Source: Moniliella sp. 'wahieum' (lineage: Eukaryota). From it: a stretch of DNA of 64,000 nucleotides. The number at the start of each line of letters is the position of its first letter. Positions within the stretch are counted from its first letter, which is position 1. Under the pieces are notes generated by a model. It searched no databases, was not told the DNA's origin, and saw only the letters and a program-made list of their open reading frames with translations. Below, one piece after another: positions 1 to 11,200 of this stretch. Where the stretch lies: positions 496,001-560,000 of the forward strand of contig RSEE01000031.1 of assembly GCA_003971905.1 (NCBI GenBank). The letters are read 5' to 3'. The translations under genes were made by a program, and so were the position numbers.

Positions 1-1088
1 AGTGCCTGAGGCCTGACTGTCGGTGGGGGGGGGCGTACCTCCACTGCCCATGGGGCGTCTGAAAGCCCACGGCGCTAGCGCGTCCGACCCTCAGATGTCC
101 CAGAGATATCAGACGGATATCATGTGAAGCTGAAGCTTGAAGCTTGAAGTGAGAAGCTGCTAGCGCGTATCAGTGTTGTGTGGACGCTGTGGAGTCCGCT
201 CCACCCGCTTGCTGCGCTGGGCCGGAGCGCACAAGACCCCTAAAGCTTAAAGCCTCCTAAAAGGCCTGCGGCCTAAGGCCTACAACGCCTACGACCGACC
301 CCCCTAAGCTCTAAGCCTAGATCTAACGCCCCCGCAAGCGCAAGCGCTAAGCGCTAAGCGCTGGACAGGCTAAGCGCCAAGCGGGAACATGGTAGGGGAA
401 CATGTAGCAAGAGTGGTACGTACTCAGCGTGGCTGTAGCTACATACTCCACACACCTGTTTTGTCCGGGGCAGCGTGGGTGCTATATTAGACACCATCGG
501 TGCCCGCACGGCGCCAGCCTGCGTCTGCCCCTCCTTCCCCCTTTTTTCACCATCTCCGTAGGTATAGACTGGTCGGGACGGATGGGGGGATCGGGGCCGC
601 TGAGCGCTGCATGGGCTGGGCCTTGTGGATGGCAGGCAGGCCATGGTTCGGACAGATAGGCAGCAAAGCGACCATGGATGGAGGATGCAGATGGGGATGA
701 TCAATTCGATGATCGATGACGAGAGTACGTTCGCTTTCAAGGAACTCAGCGTGCGTTGAACATCGATGAGGCTCATCGACATGTTCATCGGAATCGGACC
801 GGGATGCACATAAGTTGAACGTTGAACGTTTGCATGATACAAGGTGTGCTTACGTACTCTGCCACCCCCTGGCAGCTTCAGCCTGCGGTCCAAGCAGCGG
901 TGGCCAGCACAGGGGCGGAAGAGCGCGGAACAAGCTCTCTCGCCGGCCTTCGCGTGGCGCAGCCGCAGCAACTCAGCCAAAAAGATGGGCTTGGTTGGGG
1001 CCCAGTCGGGGCCGTCCCTCTTCTTGTACACTCGGGCCCGAGTGACTGCGTTGGCCGTTCCCCCCGAGCGCGGCTAGGAGCGCCCACC

Positions 1089-1560
1089 ATGCCCGCCCTT
1101 ACGCCCCAGCAGCACCGCACCCTCCTTTCTCTCTACCGCCGTGCGCTCAAGCAGGGCCAAGTCAGCTTTGCGGGCGACCCCAGTGCGCTCGCCGGATGGT
1201 TCCGCCACGTGCGCGCCCAGTTCCAACAGCCTCTGCCCCCGGCACGGGAGGGCGAGGATGCGGTGGCGGCCAAGGTGCAGGAATGGGAGGAAGGGCTGCG
1301 CTATCTCCGCCACAACATCGTCCAAGGCGTACGGCAAGAAGCGACGGGCGCGTACCGTACGTGGCGCCTCACCCTTCCCGCCGTGTTGTGCGACAACTGC
1401 TTCGAGTTTGAGTACTGACTGTTTTGGTGCGGGTCGTCGGGTTGGCAGGACTGAGGATCACCCCGACACGGAGTGGGCAACAATGAAGATATCAAGAAGG
1501 CCAGTAAGAAGCTCGCTAGCTCGGGAGTGGGGTGCTGCGGGGGAGCAGGCGGTGCGGGCG
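1089..1560 (+). CDS. MZM1: LYR-motif protein Mzm1/LYRM7 (Rieske Fe-S chaperone for complex III); N-terminal moiety of an apparent fusion with bL31m
   Basis: MPALTPQQHRTLLSLYRRALK...VRAQF...LRHNIVQG...GAY, intron 1357-1448 (GTACGT...TACTGAC...CAG), then RLRI.PDTE.GNNEDIKK...GCCGG, matching the fungal Mzm1 pattern; two indels needed after the intron; no stop codon after the CCGG tail. Confidence 0.8.
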
Positions 1561-2021
1561 TGTCGAACGCCCGTCCTTTTTCCACCCTGGCTCGGCGGCC
1601 TCAGCGTAGTCCCAGCACCAGCACCAGCACTGGCTTGGCCCTGGCGCGTAGCTTTGCCACGTCTGCACCGACGATGGGCAGGCCAACCAAGTTGCATACG
1701 CCTGGCCCGTGTCCAAGTTCCCAATGACGATCGTGTTGAACGATGGATCGTCGATTGACGTGTTTACCTCCTCCTCCTCGTGCGGCGATGCGGTTGACCA
1801 GGGACCCAACGAACCACCCGCTGTGGAACCCGTTGGCAGAGCGGTCCAATGCGTTGGGTGTCGCGGTCGATATGGAAGGTCAACTGGGCCGCTTCCAAAA
1901 AAAGTTCTCCCAAGACGACTTTGCGTTTGCCGAGGAGGACTTGGACTGGATGTCGGGCGGGCAAGAGGCGACGCGGGGTGCGACGGTCGTCAAGACTTCC
2001 AAGAAAGGCAAGAAAAAGTGA
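1561..2021 (+). CDS. MRPL36: Mitochondrial ribosomal protein bL31m (Mrpl36-like) preceded by a presequence-like linker; C-terminal moiety of the apparent fusion
   Basis: Across frameshifts: KFPMTIVLNDGSSIDVFTSS.PRAAMRLTRDPTNHPLWNP...DMEGQLGRFQKKF...KKGKKK* (TGA 2019-2021), the fungal bL31m signature. Confidence 0.75.
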
Positions 2022-2127
2022 ATGTTTGTTTTGCCTGGTATTCATGTAGCCCTCTCTTCTTGTCTATCCATCTACCTTGTCCACTGCAGGATCCTGAGAA
2101 AGGGCACAATGCTTGCGCAGGAAAGTG

Positions 2128-3126
2128 TCATATGCATACAAGTACAGCAGAAGCGAGGTGAAGCAACAAGGGGGGTAGAACGTAGCGAGTCGACCTAGCT
2201 CCGTGGCCTTTGCTCAAGTGCCGATCATCTTGCTCATGAGCGCGCTTGCGCTGAATCTCGGACGCCAGGTCATCCAACGCACTCTTGCGCACCGGGCGGC
2301 TGAGGGAGCGGAAGAGGTTGCGGCCGCCTTGGAGGCCGCACGGAATGCATTCAGACCCATGGGTTTCCCCCCGCGGGCTTGGGCGGACCCAACCCAATTT
2401 TGATGCCCCTGCCGTGCTAGGCGAGGCGGATGCGTCAACTGGCTTTTTGAGCTGGGTAGCAAAGCCAATCTTGATGGGTGCCGAAGCCTGGGTACGGTCG
2501 AGCTTGTGTTTTTCTTCTTCTTGCCTGGATCCTGCTCGGCCTTTTTGCTCCGCAGCAAGTTTTTGAGCGGCTTGAACCTGCTGCTCCAAAATCTTGCGCT
2601 GGCGCGATTCGTCGTCCAGCCGCACCCGATCCATCTTCTTCGCAGCGTCTTGGCGAGCCAGAGTTCCCGCCGAGTTGTCGATCCACTGGATGTACCACGA
2701 ATGGGGTACCTGCTCGTCTTCCTCCACTTTGGCTACACCCGTGCGGCCCAGGTGGCGCACAAAGCCCGCAAGGGAGGACCAGCGGGTAGCGTTCATGTGC
2801 AGGTGATGGCGCTCTTGGATGTACTCATTGTAGACCAGGTTGGCGCGGACCCTGCGTGTGCCGTAGCGGCGACTGAGCAGGTTGACAAACTGCCGCTCAA
2901 AGTCCTTGCTGAACTTATCGATCACTTTACCCGCCTGGGAGCCACCGACACCAGTGATGGCCTGCAACTGGCGCATGTGCGCCTCGGACTGGATGTGGCA
3001 CTTGTAGCCGTTGGCGTCGCGGCAGGGCTTGGAGCACACTTGGCAGTAGTACCGCAGCTTGGTCAGGCCACGCGCCTTTTGCGCGTTGGCCAGCGCCTTG
3101 GCGGAGCCTGCTTCGGCGCGACCCAT
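2128..3126 (-). CDS. KIN17: KIN17/Rts2 zinc-finger and winged-helix DNA/RNA-binding protein
   Basis: MGRAEAGSAKALAN..KARGLTKLRYYCQVCSKPCRDANGYKCHIQSEAHMRQ; ANLVYNEYIQERHHLHMNATRWSSLAGFVRHLGR; C-terminal end uncertain because of indels. Confidence 0.93.
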   Translation of the reverse strand: MGRAEAGSAKALANAQKARGLTKLRYYCQVCSKPCRDANGYKCHIQSEAHMRQLQAITGVGGSQAGKVIDKFSKDFERQFVNLLSRRYGTRRVRANLVYNEYIQERHHLHMNATRWSSLAGFVRHLGRTGVAKVEEDEQVPHSWYIQWIDNSAGTLARQDAAKKMDRVRLDDESRQRKILEQQVQAAQKLAAEQKGRAGSRQEEEKHKLDRTQASAPIKIGFATQLKKPVDASASPSTAGASKLGWVRPSPRGETHGSECIPCGLQGGRNLFRSLSRPVRKSALDDLASEIQRKRAHEQDDRHLSKGHGARSTRYVLPPLLLHLASAVLVCI

Positions 3127-3413
3127 GGGGAAAGCGGGGCAGGCAGGAAGGGCGGTTGGGGGCGGTCGGGGGCGGTGGCGGTGGCGGTGGCGACCCAGCG
3201 CTGCCCGATGGCGTCGACGATTTTAGGCGGAGGATGCGGATGGGCAGGCGGCGGCGGAACGCACCATTCCGCCCACGCGTCGCGCTTGGCCCAAGCGCGA
3301 CGGGTATTATTGTGGGCTTCAAGCCTGACGTTCAAGCTGAACTTGAGCTTAACCTTCAACCCCCAGCGGCCGCTCGCTTGCTTCTTGCCCGCCTGTCTCT
3401 GCGCCCCGCCAGC
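3127..3413. promoter_or_regulatory. Short divergent (bidirectional) promoter region between KIN17 and RFC1
   Basis: Start codons at 3126 (-) and 3414 (+) are head-to-head, 287 bp apart. Confidence 0.55.
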
Positions 3414-6396
3414 ATGCCGCCCAAGAAGCCCGAGTCGGGCCAGCGGGGCCTCAAGTCCTTCTTTGGCGCCTCGGCATCCACCGCCACCGTACGTGTGCTG
3501 CGTCCCCCCGCTCGCTCTGTCCTGACCACCCTCCCTCTCTCCTCTCTCCTCTTTCCCAGCCCGCCAAGACCGGCTCCGTAGCCAGCCAGCCCATGGTCCT
3601 CGACTCGTCCAGCGACGACGAGAAGCCCGTGCGTGCCCTGGGCAAATCCAGGACTACCTCCAAACCCCCCCGCGCGTCGGCTTCGGCGTCGGCGCCGAGC
3701 AAGAAGCGCGCCTTTCCTGAGAGCGAGAGCGAATCGGACGATGGCAGCGAGTTTGAACCGAGCCAGCGGTAAAGGGAGATGGCAAGACGGCCCACAAACG
3801 TGCGGCGATCGTCAAGTCCGAGTCGGACTCTGACTCGGAACCGGCCCAGCCGGTACCTAAGAAACGTGCTGTCCCCGCCGCTCGCACTTCCAAGCCATCG
3901 CCCAAGCCGGCGCCCAAGTCTTCTGCACCGAGGCAAAAGCCGGGAGCAAAGACACCAGGTGCGCCCTACTCCTCCGCTTCATGGCAATGCGGAGAACAAG
4001 AGGGACGAGCTAACCCCTTATGTTTGGTCTACAGTGCGGGACGAGGCGAATGTGCCGTCGTTCAGTGTGGAGGATGCAATGGAGCGGTTTGTCGATGAGG
4101 CTGCCCCGCCAGGCAAATGGATTCCGGGCAAGCACAGTGCGCCGCCTGCCGCGCCTGGGTCCAAGGAGATCCCGAGGGCAAGCCCGACTGTCTCAAGCCT
4201 TTCGTCTTTGTGTTTACGGGCGATCTGAGTTCGATCGGACGAGAGGAGGCGCAAAGTCTGGCGAAGCGGTATGGTGCACGCGTGACGGGTGCCCCAAGTA
4301 GTAAAACGACTCATGTCGTCTTAGGTTCGGGCGCGGGCAAGTCCAAGCTAAACAAAATCAAAAGTGGCAAGTTACCGTGTAAGTTAATTGACGAGGATGG
4401 CTTCTTTGCCTTGATTCGCAACAGCCAAGGTGGCGAGGTAACCCAGGAGCAAAAGGCCAAAGAGAAGAGGGACCAAGAGATGATCAAGGAAGTGGCACGC
4501 GAGATGCGCGAAGAGGACGCCTTGGCCTCACCAGCCAAGAAGGGGGCTGCGCGAGGAGGGGACCAAGGGACGAAGGAGGTGCAGCTAGGCAGCTCGGCCA
4601 GTGGGGCGGGCAAGCTGGGTGGACACGATGAGAACCAGTTGTGGACGACCAAGTATGCACCTCGTCGTGAACGCGACTTGGTGGGCAACAAGGCGAGTGT
4701 GACCAAACTCAAGGAATGGCTCGAACAGTGGGCGACCGCACGCAAAAAAATTCAAGCGGCCGGGGCCCAAGTTCTATGGCTCTTTCCGTGCCGTCTTACT
4801 CTCTGGACCTCCTGGGGTTGGCAAGACGAGCGCCGCGCACTTGGTGGCCCATTTGACCGGATACACCCCCGTCGAGTTCAATGCCTCGGACGCACGGAGT
4901 AAGAAGTTGGTCGAAGCGTCGCTGTCACAAGTGATTGGAACTCCAACCTCGATGGCTGGTACAATACAGGCAAGACATTTCTGATTGGCCGAGAAGAGGT
5001 GCCCATCACGGATAAGACGGTGTTGATCATGGATGAGGTGGACGGGCTTAGTGGGGCGATCGCGGTGGCGTAGGGGCGATCAACCAACTCATCAAGAAAA
5101 CGAATATCCCCATCATTTGCATTTGCAATGACCGTCGCAGCCCCAAGATGAAGCCATTTGAGCACACCACACTCGACATTACTTTCCGCAAGCCCGACGT
5201 GGGTGCCGTCAAGGCCCGGCTGATGTCCATCGCATACAATGAGAAATTGCAGATCCCGCCGCCGGTGATGCACTCGCTGGTGGAAAGCAGCCAGGGCGAC
5301 ATTCGTCAGTGTATCAATATGCTCTCCACATGGGCTCTGACCAACAAGACCATGAGCTTTGACGAGAGCAAGCAATTTGGCGCGGAGAACACCAAGCCGG
5401 GCATCCACCCCTTGGACCCTCTATGGCGAGCTGACGGGGCCCTATATGTGGAACGCGACCAATCGCAAGACTCTCAACGACAAGGCCAACTACTACTTTC
5501 AAGACTCGATGATGATGCCGCTGTTTATGCAAGAGAACTATATTAAGCAAGTGCCCTCGGCTACCGTTGGCCATCCTCGTCGCGAACTTGAAAACCTTCA
5601 ACTTTTCCCGTGCTGCCGACTCGATTTCCCTGGGCGACGTGATGGACGGGATGATCCATGGCACGCAACAGCACTGGTCTCTCATGCCAGCCCATGCCAT
5701 GCTTTCGACCGTCGCGCCAGCCTGCTATGCACGGGTAAGATCAGTACCCACTTTGCCTCCTTCCCAGCCTGGTTTGGCCAGAACAGCAAACAACAAAAGC
5801 TGCGCCGCGCCTTGGCAGATATTGGGGCGCGGATGCGGTCAGTGGCGTCAGCGTCGATGGACGAGATTGCCTTGTCGTACGAATCGGTTTTGTTTGACGA
5901 AATGACGCTTCCTTTACTCCGCCACGGTGCCGATGGGGCAGAGGAGGTGATTGGTACGATGGACGACTACTACTTTACTCTCGATGACCGAGACGCCATT
6001 CTGGAGCTGGGGATCGGAACGCAAGACATGGAGCAGATACTGAAGCAGATCAAACCCCAAGCCAAAGCGGCCTTTACCCGCAAATACAACAGTAGCGACC
6101 ACCCGATTATGCTCTACAAGGGCGACACGGTCGTGACCAAGGCCAAGCCGATCGGGACGGCGGACGTGCCGGATTTGGAAGAGGCATATCAGGATGAGGT
6201 GGTACCGAGCGACGAGGAGGACAGTGCACCCAAGGCGGACGATCTCTCCAAGGACCGCATGATCAAAAAGAAGCCTGCGCCCCGCAAGTCGAGCGCTAAG
6301 GCCAAAGCCAAAGCTCCTCCCAAGGCCACGACCAAGGGCAGAGCTAAAGGCAAGGCCAACTTCCTAAGCGACAGCGATGACGACGATGATTTCTAA
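3414..6396 (+). CDS. RFC1: Replication factor C large subunit (multi-exon, frameshifted in assembly)
   Basis: BRCT (FVFTGDLSSIGREEAQSLAKRYGARVTGAPSSKTTHVVLG), LWTTKYAP, Walker A SGPPGVGKT, EFNASD, Walker B LIMDEVDG, GDRGG, PIICICND, RFC1 C-terminal domain (MDDYY...KAAFTRKYN); first intron near 3489-3559. Confidence 0.95.
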
Positions 6397-6564
6397 GCCC
6401 CTTCTCCCTCGCACACTTCCTGTCCTTATCATCTATCCTCCGCATCCGGTTTCTCCCTCCCGTCTGTGGGTCATGTTGGTCCGGTAGATGGGACGGATTG
6501 GGCAGACTGTCCAGGACAGGGGTAGGACACGGTAGATAGATGCATACTGACCATGCCGGCATGG

Positions 6565-7124
6565 TTACCGGATCGTCTTGCCACCCAAGCCTACCGGCCC
6601 ACCCGGTCGAGTGGGGAACGGAGACGGCACCACCTCGCTCACCTTGCGTCCCAGACGAAGCGGAGTAAAGTGCAGCACGCGCGGGTCGGACCGCATACGC
6701 GCACGGATCTGGTTCAACGTGGTGGGGTTGGTATCGACTTGCATGATAAAGTAGCTGAGCAAAGGAGGCACAAAGCACGAAGCAGGAGACGGGGGCGGGG
6801 TAGGTAAGTTGGGTCAGTCGAGGAAGACGAGGTAGGTGGAACCCTACTGCACGGCAGCACGACAGCACGGCAGCAGCAGGTCGGGCGGGGGGGAACAAGA
6901 ACAGAACAGGAACAGGAACAGGAGTCTGGGTACTCACTCGCCTCGGAATGAGTGACTTGGTTGCGCTTCATGGTCTGGGGCAGCAGCCGGCGGCCCCAGT
7001 ACTGCATGCCGCGCACAACACCGCCATTGGTGATGATGGTGTTGGAGGTGTTGGAGAGCAGCGTCCGAAGCGGCGCCGACTGGGCCGAGTACGCAGCGAC
7101 GCAGAACAGCTCGTACAGGGGCAT
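6565..7124 (-). CDS. MRP17: Mitochondrial ribosomal protein bS6m
   Basis: MPLYELFCVA...IITNGGVVRGMQYWG..LP..MKR; intron 6755-6937 (GTGAGT...CAG); YFIMQVDTNP...MRSDPRVL. Confidence 0.9.
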
Positions 7125-7829
7125 GGGGCAGGCGAGAGGTCAGTTGGCGTGCGTCGCGTCCGGGTGCAGCCGGGGCAAGAGCGCGAGCAAGAGCGAGCGG
7201 AGAGAGATACGTACGGCATGGTCGACTCGCGTGCGCCGTGTGCGTGGGACTGGCACCTGTGCTCGTGTGGTGGTGGCAAGAAGCGGCGCGGCGGCGCGGG
7301 AGCAGCCGAGCTGGCGGCGCCGGCTGCCTTTGGCAGGCGAAGAAGGCAGGGCGGAATGCGGGGGAGAGGCTGAGCGCTGAGAAAGCGGCTGGGCAGCAGC
7401 CATTCCGCCCGCCTTGCTAACCCAGTACGTACTTACATTACCCCAGCCTGCCCGCTCGGCGCCCAGGGCAACATGATAATGGTTCCAATGCCACAGTCGC
7501 TTCCTGGGGACCTACTCGTACTGACGCCTGCAACCTACGGCCGTGTCCTGCCAAGGGCAACCCGCCTGCCGTCGACTGCCTCCGCAACCCAACCCAACCC
7601 AGCTAGCCACACCGCATGAACCACGTGACACGAAAAACCATCGACTGAGATCCCAGGGCGCACCCACCGATCTCTCCCGGGGTATCTCCCTCTGGCGGGA
7701 CAAGGGGGAAAGCAGAAGCGACAGGCGAGCGTGGCTCTTTTTAGAGGAAGGGAGGGGGAGGGGAGGGCAGAGGAGACGGAAAGAGCGGTAAGGGGGGGAA
7801 ACAAGAAAAGACAAAACACGCCACGAAAG

Positions 7830-7856
7830 GAAACGAAACGAAACGAAACGAAACGA
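7830..7856 (+). repeat. (GAAAC)n microsatellite
   Basis: gaaacgaaacgaaacgaaacgaaacg read directly. Confidence 0.8.
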
Positions 7857-8230
7857 AGAGGGAAAGAAAATAATGGTGGTTACGCCGTAAGGTAAGGTGG
7901 GGGCGGGGGGGGGGGGGGGGGGATAGGACAGAAGGAGGGTGGCACCGGTCCCGCCCAAAAGCGAGCCCTAGGTGCCTGGATCGACGATCGACGCACATCC
8001 CTCCTTGCCTATTAGCCACCTGCGTTGTGCGTTGTGCGTGTGCGTGTATGTGTAAGTGTGTGGTTTTGGGTTTGGGTTTGGGGGTTTGAGTTTGGAGGTG
8101 TTGTGTGTGGAGGTTTGAGTTTGGGGGGGTTGGGGTGGGAGGTGCAGTTGCGGGCGTTGATACTGTGATTGTCGGTGGCGCGGGGAAGGGGGGGGGGGGG
8201 GATGGGTCCAGGTACACGCCCGACAGTTAC

Positions 8231-11200
8231 TTAGCGCCGCAAAAAGTCCACTGACGGCGCGCGCGTCTCGACCAACCGACTGGCCACCGACGGCGACACC
8301 TTGTACCCGCGCGACGACAAACCCCGTCCCGGACCCAGCTCCTGCACCGGACCCTGCACCGGACGCTGAACCAGTTGCTGACCCGGACCTGGACCCCGAC
8401 CCGGACCGGGGCTGGGACGCGGGCGCGGGCGAGCCAGGCGCGGAGACGGTGCGGTCTTTATGATGGAACGGCGCCAGGAGGCGTTTGACTGCGGCCGCCT
8501 TGTCGGTCGGGGGTGGGGTCTTGCTCCGTCCGCGGGGCAGACGGGGACGGATGATGCCTCGCTCTTTGTCTTTGTCCTTGTCCTGGGTTTTGTCTTTGTC
8601 TTTTCTTTCGGGTCCTTTTCGCGGTCCTCGCTGCTCCTTCGTCGGCTGGGCGCGTGGCCATGGGCCAAGGAGGAGAGGGCGGTGAGTGAGGTGGTGGTTT
8701 TGCGCTTGTGCTTGAAGAGCAAGTTGGCCGCGGCCGAGCCGGGGACAAGCTCGGGGGCGGGTGGGAATGGCTCGGGCGGGTTCGGGCGCAGGATCGTCGT
8801 CCGAGCTGGGGAAGGTGATGCGGCACGGCCGGCATGGCAGATGCACCGGCCGAGCCAGCTGTCGGCGCGGCAAGGAGGGCCGCCGTACTAGGTGTGCTGG
8901 TGAGCGACGGATGTTTCCTTCGGAATGGCATGCGCCACGAATCGAGCGTAAGACTAGCTGCTACCCTGGGCAGTAGCGGGTTCGGGACCGACCGAGGCCG
9001 CGCTGGAGCCAGGCCCGCCTCCTGCCCCGCCAGCACCTTGGTTCGCCACGCCCCCGCACCACCCAGCGCTGCACTGGCCAAGGCCGAAGCCGGACGCAGC
9101 GAGGGCGTACTGGCTTCCTCTCGCTCCTTCTCTTTGCCCTCCTTGTCCCATGGCGACGGCAGCGCATCGGCCGAGGTAGAAGCAATGTCCAAGACGCGGA
9201 TCTTTTTGGTCGGATGCGCTTGGGCCAAGAGCGTGTACTCGCCAATCGAGTTGCGCCGCTGCATCCGTGCTGCCGCCACCACTGCCGAGCCTGATCCCGA
9301 CGTGGCCCCGGATACACCCACCCCCATCATAGGACCCGGCAACAGCGGCGTAGACGATAAGCGCGCGCGGGATGCCCTGCGTGGCTCAGAAGAGGACCCG
9401 TCAGCGTCCTTGTCCCCGGCCCCGTGGGCGCCGAGGCGCGCAACAAGAGTTGCGCCGGGGAGGAAACGCCCCAGTGCACCGGCTGCCGACGACGCGCCCG
9501 ATCCCGACGCAGCGGTCGAGGCGGTCGAGGCGGTGGGCTGGTGCACCGCAACGCACGTGGCCGACATCATCATGTGCTTATCCGACGAAGCACATTGGGC
9601 CCATGAGCAGGCCTTGATCAACCCTTCGACCGAGGGGGAGGATGCGGTGCCCCCCGCCCCAGCGCCCGGGACCGAGGCCCCGTCCAGTTCCCCGTTCGGC
9701 GCCGAGGCCGTCGCTGTGCCTTGGGACGCGGAAGCGGGATAAAGCGCCGCGCCCAACACGGCGAGCAACGGATCGGGTTTGAGCATTGCCGTGTGCGGGG
9801 TAATGGCTGAGCCTTTGGGCGGCAATGGCGACGCGCGGGGAAGGCGAGGGAAGGTTTGGGTTGGTCCAAAGGCGTGAGAAGAGGGGAGGAGGAGGAAGGG
9901 GGATGGCTCGCGTCGAGGTCGGTGCGAAGGGGACTCGCAGACGGGGGCAGGGGGAAAGAGGAAGGGAAGGATTCGCCCCGGCGCAACGAGCTGGGGAGGG
10001 CACGTCAGGATTGTTGGCTTGGTTGATTTGACGTTCGATCGTCATTAGCCACAGGTCCGTTCTCGCTCGTTGAGCGCGGCCAGCTCGAGGTGGTGCTCGC
10101 CGGCCAAGGTGAGACGGAAATGGGTAGAGGAGCGGGAGAGGAGCAAGGGTCGTTCATGTACGGCCACGTGGTCACACTCGCTCGCGCCAGCGGACCATAA
10201 TGCCGCACCTCGTACGCCCCATTCTTGCGCACCTTGGCCAAAACAATCAGGTCATGGTACAGCACGAGCGCCAGGTACTTGAACCGAACTGGCACCTCGG
10301 CAGGGGCCAGTTGCGCGTGATGGTAAAACACCTGCAGTGGTCCCGCCATCACCACCGGCCCCAAACGACGGACAGGAGGGGCGTCAAGACCGGGTGCGGG
10401 AGGATGCGCAAAGCCACCATCTCGGCCAACAGTTCTCGCTCCCGCTCTTTTCCCGCCTCGTCCACCTGCTCTGCAGCAAGCGAAACAGCCTCCAACGCTT
10501 CGTCCACAGCCACCAGCATTTGCGTCCTGGCCTCGGACTCAGGCAAGCCCGCCACTTGTTTGCGGATAGTAGTCAGCATCAGGCGATACAGCATAATCCG
10601 CTGCACGGGCTTGACAAAGAAATCGTGGAAACGCAAAAGAGGACCTCGACGGGTGTTGGGGACGGGAGCTGCACTGGCACCCAAAGGCGCGCTGCTCGCA
10701 TTCCCTCCTGCCGAGGCAGGCGACAGGCTGGGCACCGACGTGGCTGTGGAGACGGCAGTGCTAGAGGCAAGCGTAGAAAGCGCCGAGCTGCCTGTCGAAC
10801 TAGCAAGCGGGCTGGTGGGGAGCAAGTTCTCCTTGCCCTTGGGCCCAGCATCCAAATCAGACGTGAAACCCTGCACGGCGGGCAGGGAGGAACTGGAATC
10901 CGTCTTGCCTACCAGGGGGGGTGAGAGAAGGTGGTGGTGCCTGCAGTGTCCTCCCCTGCAGTGAGGTGAGAGGCAGCTTGAAGCTGCGATTGGGCGCGAT
11001 GCTTTTCCGCGACCGCAGCCGACTTGTGCGCAGCCTCCGACTGCCAACGGAGCATGTCTGAGCACGCGTCCTCATAGCCAGCCCAATCGGCCGCGTGCCG
11101 TTCGGCCTCGTGGATCAACTCGAGAGCCTCGGCGTGGCGAGAGCAGTAGTGCTTGTAGATGGCCATCCGAGGCGCCTGCAATATTCAGAGTGTCAGTCGT

